From contig CAVWLW010000033.1 in the NCBI GenBank assembly GCA_963755715.1, positions 64,001-128,000 on the forward strand: a stretch of DNA of 64,000 nt. Reading direction: 5' to 3'. Made by a program: the position numbers and the translations under genes. The notes under the pieces are model-generated. The model had not been told where the DNA came from and ran no database searches. It saw nothing but the letters and a program-made list of their open reading frames with translations. The DNA is from an uncultured delta proteobacterium (lineage in GTDB: Bacteria > Desulfobacterota > Binatia > UBA9968). This document shows, piece by piece, positions 11,377 through 19,962 of this stretch. Position 1 is the stretch's first letter; each line of letters begins with the position of its first letter.

Positions 11377-11591
11377 TGATGCTCCCTCCGCGTAATAATT
11401 TATCGTTCGAGACCCGTGATTTTCAATTCAGATTAGACCGCCATGGTCATTCAATCCGCTAAGCGTCGTCGTGTCACATCGCCCCGGAAATAGCTTAGAC
11501 GACGTGGTTTTAGTCAAAGCAAATAAATTACCACTCAACGCCCCACGGCTTGAGCGGATTGAAAAATTTACTGGACCCTTCTTGAATTCGC

Positions 11592-11630
11592 ACGGGAGGG
11601 TAAATAGTGCGCTTACCCTCCCGTACTTTT
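11592..11630. terminator. Perfect 12-bp hairpin with a short T tract on the + strand
   Basis: ACGGGAGGGTAA-N9-TTACCCTCCCGT-ACTTTT. Confidence 0.5.
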
Positions 11631-11836
11631 GGATTACTGCAACAACGCGAGAACGATAGTTTTCAGGTACGATTCTTACGGCAACTTGCTGTCAGATTTA
11701 GGCGACGTGCCGGTACTGCCACGCTCCGGCAAAGATCGCCCCGGACTACTCTTGTCACGCCGAGCCTAGCGGCGGTTTTTTCATCGAGGGTCCCGGTGCG
11801 AAAAAACTTTGCGCCGTTGGTCAGGCGGCTACAAAC

Positions 11837-11851
11837 GCAATCGATATGCCA
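11837..11851 (-). promoter_or_regulatory. sigma54 (-24/-12) promoter
   Basis: Minus strand TGGCATATCGATTGC matches TGGCAY-N5-TTGC. Confidence 0.6.
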
Positions 11852-12165
11852 GCGGAAAATAAATCCGTGCTTTACCAGTAAAATGGGTAAAACCCTGGAA
11901 TTAGGCGGATACCGAGCAGTGCGATTTGAGATGTCCGTTAGAAACGCGCTCGCTGTCTGAATTTTCTAACTACAGGTGTAAGTAATCCCGGTGAGAGAAT
12001 TCGACGGCTCTGCCGCGCCGACGAAGCCGTGCGGATCGCCGAGTGATATTGGGTTAACAAGTGAAAACTGTGGACTGACGGTGAAGCTGCAAAGAATCGG
12101 CGATTACTCGGTGAAGCGAGGCCAAATTCTCCGGCCTGTGCTCGGCGGTTAAGGCACACACGGCG

Positions 12166-12543
12166 TCACCCCGGTCCGACAGGTCCTTTGGAAGTAGCTT
12201 CTTCGGCTCGAACCGGCCGGACGCCGAAGGGCTCGGATCGATTACCAAATAAGACTAGCGCGCCAGGGCCGACGCTGGTTAGCTGGTAATATTCTTTGGC
12301 GGGCAGAAAGACGATATCGTTTTTCTCCATCACTCGTTCGTCTCCCTGGATGCCTTTGACTGAGCATTTGCCATCGATGACGAGAAAAGTTTCCGGTGAT
12401 TGGTGGTAGTGCATTGGCGTGCCGTCGCCCGGCTCGAAGTAAAGCATCCAGGAGCGAAAGTTGTCGGTGCCGAAAAGTTGAACATTTCTGAGTTTGTCCT
12501 TACCTGCTTCATCGATCTTTTGCTTTAAGCTGATGAACTCCAT
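12166..12543 (-). CDS. Cupin domain protein
   Basis: PGDGTPMHYHQSPETFLVIDG cupin motif. Confidence 0.8.
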   Translation of the reverse strand: MEFISLKQKIDEAGKDKLRNVQLFGTDNFRSWMLYFEPGDGTPMHYHQSPETFLVIDGKCSVKGIQGDERVMEKNDIVFLPAKEYYQLTSVGPGALVLFGNRSEPFGVRPVRAEEATSKGPVGPG

Positions 12544-12741
12544 GGGTTGCCCTCCGCGCGTAGTATTCAGGTTAAACTATTGCAGATGGGCTTCGCTTGT
12601 CAATTCACACTTTCACCGTACCGCGGAAAACGATCTCTGGTATGATCCGAATCGTATGCCGCTTTCGCGGGCGATCGGTACACTTGACGGTTGGCTGTAA
12701 GGCGCGGACTGCGGAGCGAATCAGCGAATCGATTGAAATCC

Positions 12742-12957
12742 CTATCGGGATGTCTCTTCGTTCGTGATCTCAATCTCCTCGGGAAACACGTATAACGAAG
12801 AATCACCGTCCCAGCGCACGAGAATCATTCGTCTTCCCAAGTTGTCGATTTCGTGAATCACGGTTCCCACGCTATCAGCATCAATCATCATTTGGTGGGC
12901 GCGAAAGGTTTTTTTTGCCCGGCAGCGGAGTCCTGCTTTACTCGTGTCGATCTTCAT
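12742..12957 (-). CDS. Small hypothetical protein (predicted beta-rich)
   Basis: 71 aa with strong GAGGAGG RBS; GTVIHEIDNLGRRMILVRWD...YVFPEEIE. Confidence 0.65.
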   Translation of the reverse strand: MKIDTSKAGLRCRAKKTFRAHQMMIDADSVGTVIHEIDNLGRRMILVRWDGDSSLYVFPEEIEITNEETSR

Positions 12958-13001
12958 CTCGCCTCCTCGCGTTGCGTTACTTGGGAAGCGGCGCCACTCA
13001 A

Positions 13002-13028
13002 TTATTACCGTTATTACCGTTATTACCG
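13002..13028. repeat. Tandem repeat (TTATTACCG)x3
   Basis: Three exact 9-bp units in the leader of the 12957 gene. Confidence 0.9.
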
Positions 13029-13367
13029 TCTTGCGAAAGCTAATTCCTGTACCAATTCAAAGGGCGCAGGATCTCCACAGGATAATATAACATTTAATAC
13101 CGAGGATTGTGAGTTCAATCCCGACCTATCGGCCGAGTGACCGACTCGCAGGATTTTTCAAAGCGATCCACTTGTATCGCCGGTGTAGAGTGGCAAAAGA
13201 GAGGCCCTAGTCGAGCGCCAATTCTTTGCCACGCGCGCGGCAGTGCGGCTTTGGTAAAAATATTCGGTCGAAGCGGCGGAGATGGAGTACAACCGGCCTG
13301 AGCTTTCCTGCGCCGCCAAATGGCGCCGATCGTTCTGCTAAACGGGAAACTCACATGAAGGCTCGGA

Positions 13368-13574
13368 TCATCCCACCCGGGTGTCGGTTGCGTCGATACG
13401 GGCACGGAGAGACTTAAGGCGCTCAATTGCTCTCGTTCGGCACTGGCAGCACGCGGCAATGGAAAACGACACTTCACGACACCGGCCACACTTACGGTGC
13501 GCGCAGAACGCACAATCGGTTTGCGGAAACGGCCAGAAAGATAATTCGTGTATAAGATCTATGCGTTCTTTCAT
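13368..13574 (-). CDS. Possible small Cys-rich protein
   Basis: CAFC..CGRC..CCQC in 68 aa; no clear RBS. Confidence 0.3.
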   Translation of the reverse strand: MKERIDLIHELSFWPFPQTDCAFCAHRKCGRCREVSFSIAACCQCRTRAIERLKSLRARIDATDTRVG

Positions 13575-14069
13575 GGAGAAATTTTTGGCTGTTAGACGGT
13601 TAGACGTTGGCGGTGATGTTTTGTATACGCGTTGTCGTCCACGAGTTGGAAAATGCTGCTAGTTGCAATATCGGCATTCGTTTCTAAATGATTTGCTTCG
13701 ATGAAGCAAGCATTCGCGCGCGTTTGACGACGATTCAACCAAAAAACTTTGCGTAGATTCGGATGAATGTCTTTGGCTTCGTTAAGCGCGGTAAAAATGC
13801 CGCTCCGGTTTGAAATTTAGCGCCGATGGCGGTGGTATCATGAAGTCCGAAATTGCGGCGGCGATTGCCAACCGATTGTCATGCGCGTGCAAACAGGGCC
13901 GCAGGTTCCCCGGCGGATGATCCTGCGCATGTTCGGCGTAGACTTGGCTTTCGACCTGGACAATTGATAGTTGCTCGTGTAGCTAAGGATTAAGGAGCCT
14001 GTTCAGCGAGAGAAATTTACGCTGCCACATGCCCGACAAACGCGCTAGATCACGGATGGGAGGTGTCGC

Positions 14070-14381
14070 ATGGTCATACTTCACGTTACGGTTCAGATAA
14101 AACCCGAACACATGGCCGAGTATTTAGAAGCGGTGCGCCACGACGCGGAGCACTCAGAAAAAGACGAGCCCGGCTGCCTGCGCTTCGACGTATCCCAGGC
14201 CAAGGATGATCCGAATCGGTTCTATTATTACGAGGTCTATAGAGACGAGGCGGCGTTGGAAGCACACCGTCAAGCGCCCCATTTCAAACTCTATGCGGAA
14301 AAAGTCCAGCCGTGGCTAGCCGCCCCGCCTGAGCGCCGCTTTGGAAAAAATCTGATTCCCGCCGATGCCGCATGGCGCTGA
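14070..14381 (+). CDS. Antibiotic biosynthesis monooxygenase / LsrG-like putative quinol monooxygenase
   Basis: EPGCLRFDV, YEVYRDEAALEAHRQAPHF. Confidence 0.85.
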   Translation: MVILHVTVQIKPEHMAEYLEAVRHDAEHSEKDEPGCLRFDVSQAKDDPNRFYYYEVYRDEAALEAHRQAPHFKLYAEKVQPWLAAPPERRFGKNLIPADAAWR

Positions 14382-14430
14382 ATGAAATCAGCGCGCTTGT
14401 AAGCTGTCAATCGAATTCGTAATCGACTTC

Positions 14431-14454
14431 GCGGGGCAGGCTCTGCCTGCCCGC
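14431..14454. repeat. GC-rich palindrome between convergent genes
   Basis: GCGGGGCAGGCTCTGCCTGCCCGC. Confidence 0.45.
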
Positions 14455-14504
14455 CGGAATGGCAGGAACAAGAGTCGACTTCCAGTCGACAAATTTCAGC
14501 GGCG

Positions 14505-15542
14505 TTAATTCTTCTTGGAAACGCTTTGGATGAATCCCGAGGTTTCGAGCTTATTCATAAAGGAATTATCGATGGCATTTTCGACCCGAACATCGGCGAT
14601 TTTAGGATTGATCTGGGTCATCAGTTTGTGCAGGCGCTTCATTCCTTCAACGTTGGTATGCGGCGCCCGCTCATAGGCATTAATTACCGCATGATAGGAT
14701 TCCTCCGCATCTGCCGAATTGGTTAAGCGCAGGTTCGATGCCAACAGCCGCATGACTATTTCCTTGTTGGCTGGATCGAGCGTAACCGCGATCGCTTCGA
14801 TCATCGCTTTTAAATAACCTTCGATGACCTGAGGTTTAGCTGCCGCGATGCGCCGCGTCGTCACCAGCATGGTTTGCGGTAACGTCACGCCGGTATTTCT
14901 GGAGTTGTAAAGCACGTGATAACCCTTGTTGCCATAGAGATCGCCGACGGCGCCCGTCAACGTCGTTGCATCGACTCCGCCGGTTTCAAGCGCCAAGCGC
15001 CGGTTCATTTCTGTTCCGGGAATTGTTAGAAAGGTGATCTTTGCCTGGGTCGGATCGACGTTGAAATCCTGAAGAGCCAACAATGCTTGCAGATGTGACG
15101 TGGAGCCGGGGCCGCTGATGGCGATGCGCTTGCCGCGCAAGTCTTCCTTCCTTTTAATTTCCGGTCTGCCGTTCAGCCGATAATCGAGCTTCTGCTTCAA
15201 GTTGGCGATGCCGATGAGATCCGCCCCGCTGCTTGCTGCGTTGATGACGTGGCCCGGGCCGACAATGGCGGCGTCGATTTCGCCTGCTAGCAAAGCCGCA
15301 ACGGCCAACGGGTTGCGCGGCATGAGGATGAACTGCATGTCGAGCCCATATTTCTTGAATAGGCCTCGGTCCCGCGCTACCCACAGCGCGGTCATGCTTT
15401 CGCTGGTAACGCTGCCGGCTAAGTTGGTCCGCGTCTGCGCGGCTAGCCGGCCTGGCAGCGCCTGACCGAACAGGGCAGCGAGAAGAATTAAAACTCCGAG
15501 CCGGATTACCGGGACGGAGTTTTTGACCGCGCAAATTTTCAT
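14505..15542 (-). CDS. NMT1/THI5 (TauA/SsuA-like) substrate-binding protein
   Basis: Signal peptide, LWVARDRGLFKKYGLD, DLRGKRIAISGPGS, IDNSFMNKLETSGFI. Confidence 0.85.
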   Translation of the reverse strand: MKICAVKNSVPVIRLGVLILLAALFGQALPGRLAAQTRTNLAGSVTSESMTALWVARDRGLFKKYGLDMQFILMPRNPLAVAALLAGEIDAAIVGPGHVINAASSGADLIGIANLKQKLDYRLNGRPEIKRKEDLRGKRIAISGPGSTSHLQALLALQDFNVDPTQAKITFLTIPGTEMNRRLALETGGVDATTLTGAVGDLYGNKGYHVLYNSRNTGVTLPQTMLVTTRRIAAAKPQVIEGYLKAMIEAIAVTLDPANKEIVMRLLASNLRLTNSADAEESYHAVINAYERAPHTNVEGMKRLHKLMTQINPKIADVRVENAIDNSFMNKLETSGFIQSVSKKN

Positions 15543-15551
15543 CGCTGTTGT

Positions 15552-15944
15552 TTAGCTCGGTTTTTTCTCGCCCACCGGTTGCACATCGAGAAAACCATGC
15601 TCCGAGATGTCGAAATAATTGCCATCCGGATCCGACCCGCGGGTCTCCGCATAGGGCCTGCCGTTGGGGCGCGGCTTTGGCAATTTGTTGGGATTGATCT
15701 TTTTCATCTTCTCGACGATGGCCTCGCCGCTTTCGACCTCGAAGCCGAAGTGGTACAGCCCATTGGTCGCGTTTTGATCTTTATTGGGGATGATGGCTAG
15801 ATTGAAATAGCCGTCCGAGAGGAAAATGGTTCCTCCTTCCTCTTTACTCTTGTGGATCACCTTCATATCGAAGACGTCCACATAAAACGACGCTAATTTT
15901 CCCGTGTCTTCCGTGCGAATGCCTAGATGCCGAAGTTTCGCCAT
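15552..15944 (-). CDS. VOC (glyoxalase/bleomycin resistance) family protein
   Basis: LRHLGIR, GLYHFGFEV, DPDGNYFDISE. Confidence 0.85.
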   Translation of the reverse strand: MAKLRHLGIRTEDTGKLASFYVDVFDMKVIHKSKEEGGTIFLSDGYFNLAIIPNKDQNATNGLYHFGFEVESGEAIVEKMKKINPNKLPKPRPNGRPYAETRGSDPDGNYFDISEHGFLDVQPVGEKKPS

Positions 15945-16028
15945 AATGCCCTCCTTGTGATTTAGTAAACGTTGATCTCGGTCGCCTCTGAAATTCGCTT
16001 GAACGCTACAAGATCGCTCGTTGCGTTG

Positions 16029-16437
16029 TCAAGGTAGCGACCACGTTACTGTTACCTGCGCGCCCTCGTCAATTAAGAGTTGCTTTAACAAAGATCTATG
16101 GCATCGGCTTTCGTCTTCACAGTAACAGCCCACTGAAAAATTTGTCCGCGACGACAACGCCGCCAGCAAAGCAATGAGCCGCCGGGATGCCGGTTTAAGC
16201 ATTTCGCGCCGGTATCGCCGTGCGTAGACGGCCCAGCGCTTCGCCGTGAGTGGCTCAGAAAGCGCGTATGACACCAGCGGCGCGCTCGGCGCCAGCTCCG
16301 GCAGCCACACGTCGAAGTAGTTGCGTCTGCGTATATTCAGTTTTGCGCACGCCGCGCGGCGGCCGGCGCACGGTGCCGATGCGCAAGCCTTCTTGCGGCT
16401 TGCGTGCTGACCCGAGTCGCACGACGCGGATTGCCAT
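16029..16437 (-). CDS. DUF488 family protein (frameshift near 16320)
   Basis: MAIRVVRLGS..GLRIGTVRRPPRGVRK joins WLPELAPS...GCYCEDESRCHRSLL. Confidence 0.8.
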
Positions 16438-16636
16438 GGCTTCGATTATTTCTTCCCATCCCTCGCGCGCAAGACTCCAAATATCCGCCTGGGCAGTGGA
16501 GGGAATAATTGCCGCGGATTTCGTTTTAAGATGACGTAAAAAGAATTTAACAATTTGGTAAGTCAGGCGCCAACGGCTCATCGCTCCTGCCGTTTGTTAG
16601 ACGCCAGCCGCGCGGCCCCGAAGGTAAGCCGCCCAT

Positions 16637-17548
16637 TTACGGCACCGACATGCACTGGAGATCAGCACCAATGGTCAGGGGACCTGTATAGAACTTCTTC
16701 AACTCAGCGATCGCAGGTTCAAGATCAAACTGTCCGATGTGACTGAGAATCAGTCGCTTAACGCCCGCGTCTCGGGCGACGCGACCGACGACCGCGGGCG
16801 AAGCGTGAAAAGGATTATCACTTGCGGCCGTGGCGAAATGCATGACCAGGACATTCGCGCCCTGCGCGAACTCGATGAACCTTGGGTTGGTTCCGGTCTG
16901 ATCCGTGCTGAATACGATCGACACATTGCGCGTTTGTACACGGTACGCCAGAGCCGGAATATTGCCGTGCGGTATGCCCAACGCTGTCACGGTGATTCCT
17001 TCCCGGTCGAGCACGGTCGACGGTTCTACTTTCGTAACATCAACAACGCCGACCTCGAGACTAACGCCTCCACCCGTGCCGCCCAGCGTGCCACCGAGCA
17101 CTTGAAAGGCGCCATTTTTCTGATCGAAGAGGCGACTGAGGAACGACGGAAAGCTTGGCGCCACGTTGTTGCCGGAAGGCCCGGTAATGGGCAACGGTTC
17201 CTTGCGCGCCTGATTGCTTAACCATAGCAGGGCGGGCAGGTCAGAGACGTGGTCGGGATGGAGATGGCTTATAGCGATCAACGATAGGTCGCTAAGCCGT
17301 GCTTGGGCCTGGCCAAAGCGAAGGAAGGCGCCGCCGCCGATGTCCACAAGTATTCTCGCCTGAGCGTCGATCCAGAGGAGGTAACTGGACGACGCGCGAT
17401 CGCGGTTGACCCCGGGTCCACCAGAGCCCAGGATCTGGACTGCTACCGGATTCGCGGTGCAGCTTTGAGCCGACGCGGTGGACGGGATGGAGAGAAGGGC
17501 GAGCAAGCTAACAATCGCGAATTGAATCATCATCCGCATCCCGATCAA
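16637..17548 (-). CDS. Secreted MBL-fold metallo-hydrolase (RNase Z/arylsulfatase-like)
   Basis: Signal peptide, LGSGGP, SHLHPDH, LILSHI. Confidence 0.85.
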   Translation of the reverse strand: MIGMRMMIQFAIVSLLALLSIPSTASAQSCTANPVAVQILGSGGPGVNRDRASSSYLLWIDAQARILVDIGGGAFLRFGQAQARLSDLSLIAISHLHPDHVSDLPALLWLSNQARKEPLPITGPSGNNVAPSFPSFLSRLFDQKNGAFQVLGGTLGGTGGGVSLEVGVVDVTKVEPSTVLDREGITVTALGIPHGNIPALAYRVQTRNVSIVFSTDQTGTNPRFIEFAQGANVLVMHFATAASDNPFHASPAVVGRVARDAGVKRLILSHIGQFDLEPAIAELKKFYTGPLTIGADLQCMSVP

Positions 17549-18408
17549 GTTTGCAGATTGTTCTTGAAGTGGTCGAGGGTTTTGGCCCAGGCCTCTTTCG
17601 CTGCTTCGGGATGATAGCGATCGGTACCTTCGTTATAAAAACCGTGTTGCGCGCCGGGGTAGATCTTATAGTTGTACGGGCGATTGAACTTTTTCATCGC
17701 TTCCACCGTGGCGGGAATGTCTTGGTTGACGCCGGCGTCCTTCTCGCCGTAATGGGCAAGGACCGGCGCCTCGATATTTTTCACCAGCTCGATTGGGCTG
17801 GGACTGCGGCCATAGAAAAGCGCCACCGCTTTGAGCCCGCGTACTTGAGTTGCCGTCGAGAAAGTCATTTCGCCGCCCCAGCAAAACCCAATTAACCCGA
17901 GCCGGTCGCCGCGCACGTCCGCGAGCGTACGCAGATAGCTGTAGCCCGCATCGGCGTCTTGCGCGACATTCTGCCAGGGCGCGAGTTCGCGAATATTGCT
18001 CAATCCTTCCATCTTCGGATTTACCTTTGCTGTGCCGCCGTGACGCGAGAGAAAGTCTGGGGCGAGCGTCACGTAGCCTTGCTTGGCCAGCCGGCGCGCC
18101 ACGTCGCGAATGTGGTCATTCAAACCCTGGTTCGCGTGAACCAAAACCAAAGCGGGAAATTTGCCGGACGCCGCGGGTCGAGCGAGATAACCAAAAAGCG
18201 GTCCCGCCTTTCCGGCGAATTCGACTTCATGCCAAAGAACCGCCGGATCGCTGGCGGTGACTTGGGCGACGGCGGTGGAGCGATAGAAGTGCGTAAGCAG
18301 TGCGTTGGCCGCGGCCAAGCTGCCGGTAAGCATTATCGCCCGGCGCACAAATTCTCGCCGCGTGATTTTTCCGGCCTGATAATCACGGATCAATTCGTTG
18401 ATTTTCAT
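17545..18408 (-). CDS. Dienelactone hydrolase family protein with a Tat-like N-terminus
   Basis: ITRREF twin-Arg, GFCWGG nucleophile elbow, YPGAQHGF. Confidence 0.88.
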   Translation of the reverse strand: MKINELIRDYQAGKITRREFVRRAIMLTGSLAAANALLTHFYRSTAVAQVTASDPAVLWHEVEFAGKAGPLFGYLARPAASGKFPALVLVHANQGLNDHIRDVARRLAKQGYVTLAPDFLSRHGGTAKVNPKMEGLSNIRELAPWQNVAQDADAGYSYLRTLADVRGDRLGLIGFCWGGEMTFSTATQVRGLKAVALFYGRSPSPIELVKNIEAPVLAHYGEKDAGVNQDIPATVEAMKKFNRPYNYKIYPGAQHGFYNEGTDRYHPEAAKEAWAKTLDHFKNNLQT

Positions 18409-18627
18409 CGCGCTCGCCTCCTAAATGCAATTTGAATCTTGGCATTCTGGGGAACAGGCGGAAGTTAGTGGATGCCGATCATTGGAGTCAAGGGCAATCA
18501 GCGGCGTCACATCATCGCGTCCCATGTCGAACTTGCGCTGCACACTATGTCAGATGGAGCTGAGAACGGTTGGAAACGTCAAGATTAAAGATGCTGACCC
18601 CGTACCTGGCCTCTTGTTATGTTGCCC

Positions 18628-19143
18628 TTAATCAAAAAGGCTTTTTTGTGTGCAGCTGGATTCTTGTTGCAGATTATTTTCGTTTGATTTTTGATTCTCT
18701 ATATACTCACGAACGAGTTCTGTCGTGACGCCGCTTCCCACACTACCGATATAGTAGCCGACCGCCCAGAGAACATGCTCTTTCCAAATATAGCGTTTGA
18801 TGATGTCAGGAAACTCCTGCAGCATCCTTCTCGCTGATATACTCTTTAAAATCTGCACAATTCTTGCCGGGGCATACTTCGGTGGTGCTTCAATCAGCAT
18901 GTGAATGTGGTCAGGCATCACCTCCATAGCAATGATATGAAAGTGGTAATCACGGGAAATCTCTTTGAGGATTTGCAATAATTTTTCCGCTATTGTTCCG
19001 ACCAAGAAACTTCGACGGTATTTTGGAATCCAGACCAGATGGTACTGCAGACTATAACGGCAGTGGGAGCCAGACCTGGTATTCTCTCGGAAAAAATAAT
19101 GTAAGACTGCCTTCAGAGTTTCCTGTCGATTCAGCTGATTCAT
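18628..19143 (-). mobile_element. tnpA: IS200/IS605 family Y1 transposase TnpA, no tnpB
   Basis: YHLVWIPKYRR, MPDHIHM (HUH motif), LKSISAR, LWAVGYY, EYIENQ (catalytic Tyr); locally AT-rich. Confidence 0.9.
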
Positions 19144-19330
19144 TGCATCTTTTGCCTATCGGGTTTGCAGCCACAAAATCTTCTGTGTCTAACTTGCCTA
19201 ACCAGCCTAATTTGAACTCGCGAAGTTACGATGTCGGGAATTACTTTGTGACAATGCGTGCTTACAAGACACGTCCCCGCGTCTTCACCGCTGACCAGCT
19301 CGCATCGCGTTCTCGAAGGCGATCGAACGA

Positions 19331-19636
19331 TCAGGCGTATTTCTTGACCGACTGCTCGATGGCGCCGCCGGCTCTGGCTTCCGGTATCATGACCGGATGA
19401 ATCTCAACGCTGGCATTGAACGCGAGGAACCACGGCTCGGCGATAGCTGGGATTTGAGATGCATCTGGCATGTCGAGAAAAATGAATCCCGAGCGCTGGC
19501 CGTTGTTGTCGGTAAAATAGAGGGCCTCCGGCTTCAAATCTGCCAGAATGGAATTGATGGTCGCGCCGAGCTTGCCGGTCTTCGCAGCGGCGTTGCCGGA
19601 ATCAACGGGAATGTTGACCTTCAGTAAAAAACGCAT
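19331..19636 (-). CDS. Conserved hypothetical protein (DUF3303/GYD-like)
   Basis: LKPEALYFTDNNGQRSGF...SQIPAIAEPWFLAFNASVEIHPVM; GGAGG RBS. Confidence 0.7.
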   Translation of the reverse strand: MRFLLKVNIPVDSGNAAAKTGKLGATINSILADLKPEALYFTDNNGQRSGFIFLDMPDASQIPAIAEPWFLAFNASVEIHPVMIPEARAGGAIEQSVKKYA

Positions 19637-19711
19637 GCTTCACCTCCAGCGGTTGGGGTAGGTTGATCGGGTCGGACGACGGTCTTGCTAGTTGGCTCAG
19701 CGCGATTGGAT

Positions 19712-19960
19712 TCAATCTAGATTGAGCTGCTTTTTAACATCAGACGCTTTGAGGGTTTTGGTTTGTTTGCCACGGACGTCGAGGAATTTCATTAAAGCCT
19801 TGTTCTGGCGCTTCAGTTCAATCTCGCGATTGAAGTCGTCAATCTCGGCTAAAATGAATTCTTGCCCTTCTGGTGAACGGAGAATAAGTCCTCCTCTTTG
19901 GGCTTTCTTAAGTAACGAGGTGACGGTTTTCGCCTGTGTGGGGATGTTTACTGTCTTCAT
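19712..19960 (-). CDS. Putative orphan antitoxin (Phd/YefM-like)
   Basis: MKTVNI...LLKKAQRGGLILRSPEGQEFILAEIDDF...LMKFLDVR...DVKKQLNL; GGAG RBS. Confidence 0.55.
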   Translation of the reverse strand: MKTVNIPTQAKTVTSLLKKAQRGGLILRSPEGQEFILAEIDDFNREIELKRQNKALMKFLDVRGKQTKTLKASDVKKQLNLD

Positions 19961-19962
19961 AA

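Noticed and set aside
13002-13028. Possible CRISPR or iteron array
   Set aside because: Only three contiguous 9-mers with no spacers, and no cas or rep genes.
13075-13135. tRNA-like T-arm string GAGGATTGTGAGTTCAATCCC
   Set aside because: No acceptor stem, D arm or anticodon stem can be formed.
13217-13231. sigma54-like TGGCAAAGAATTGGC
   Set aside because: Weak match that forms one arm of a local inverted repeat, with no gene at a suitable distance.
18420-18630. TnpB or omega-RNA next to tnpA
   Set aside because: No RuvC/zinc-finger ORF on either side of tnpA.
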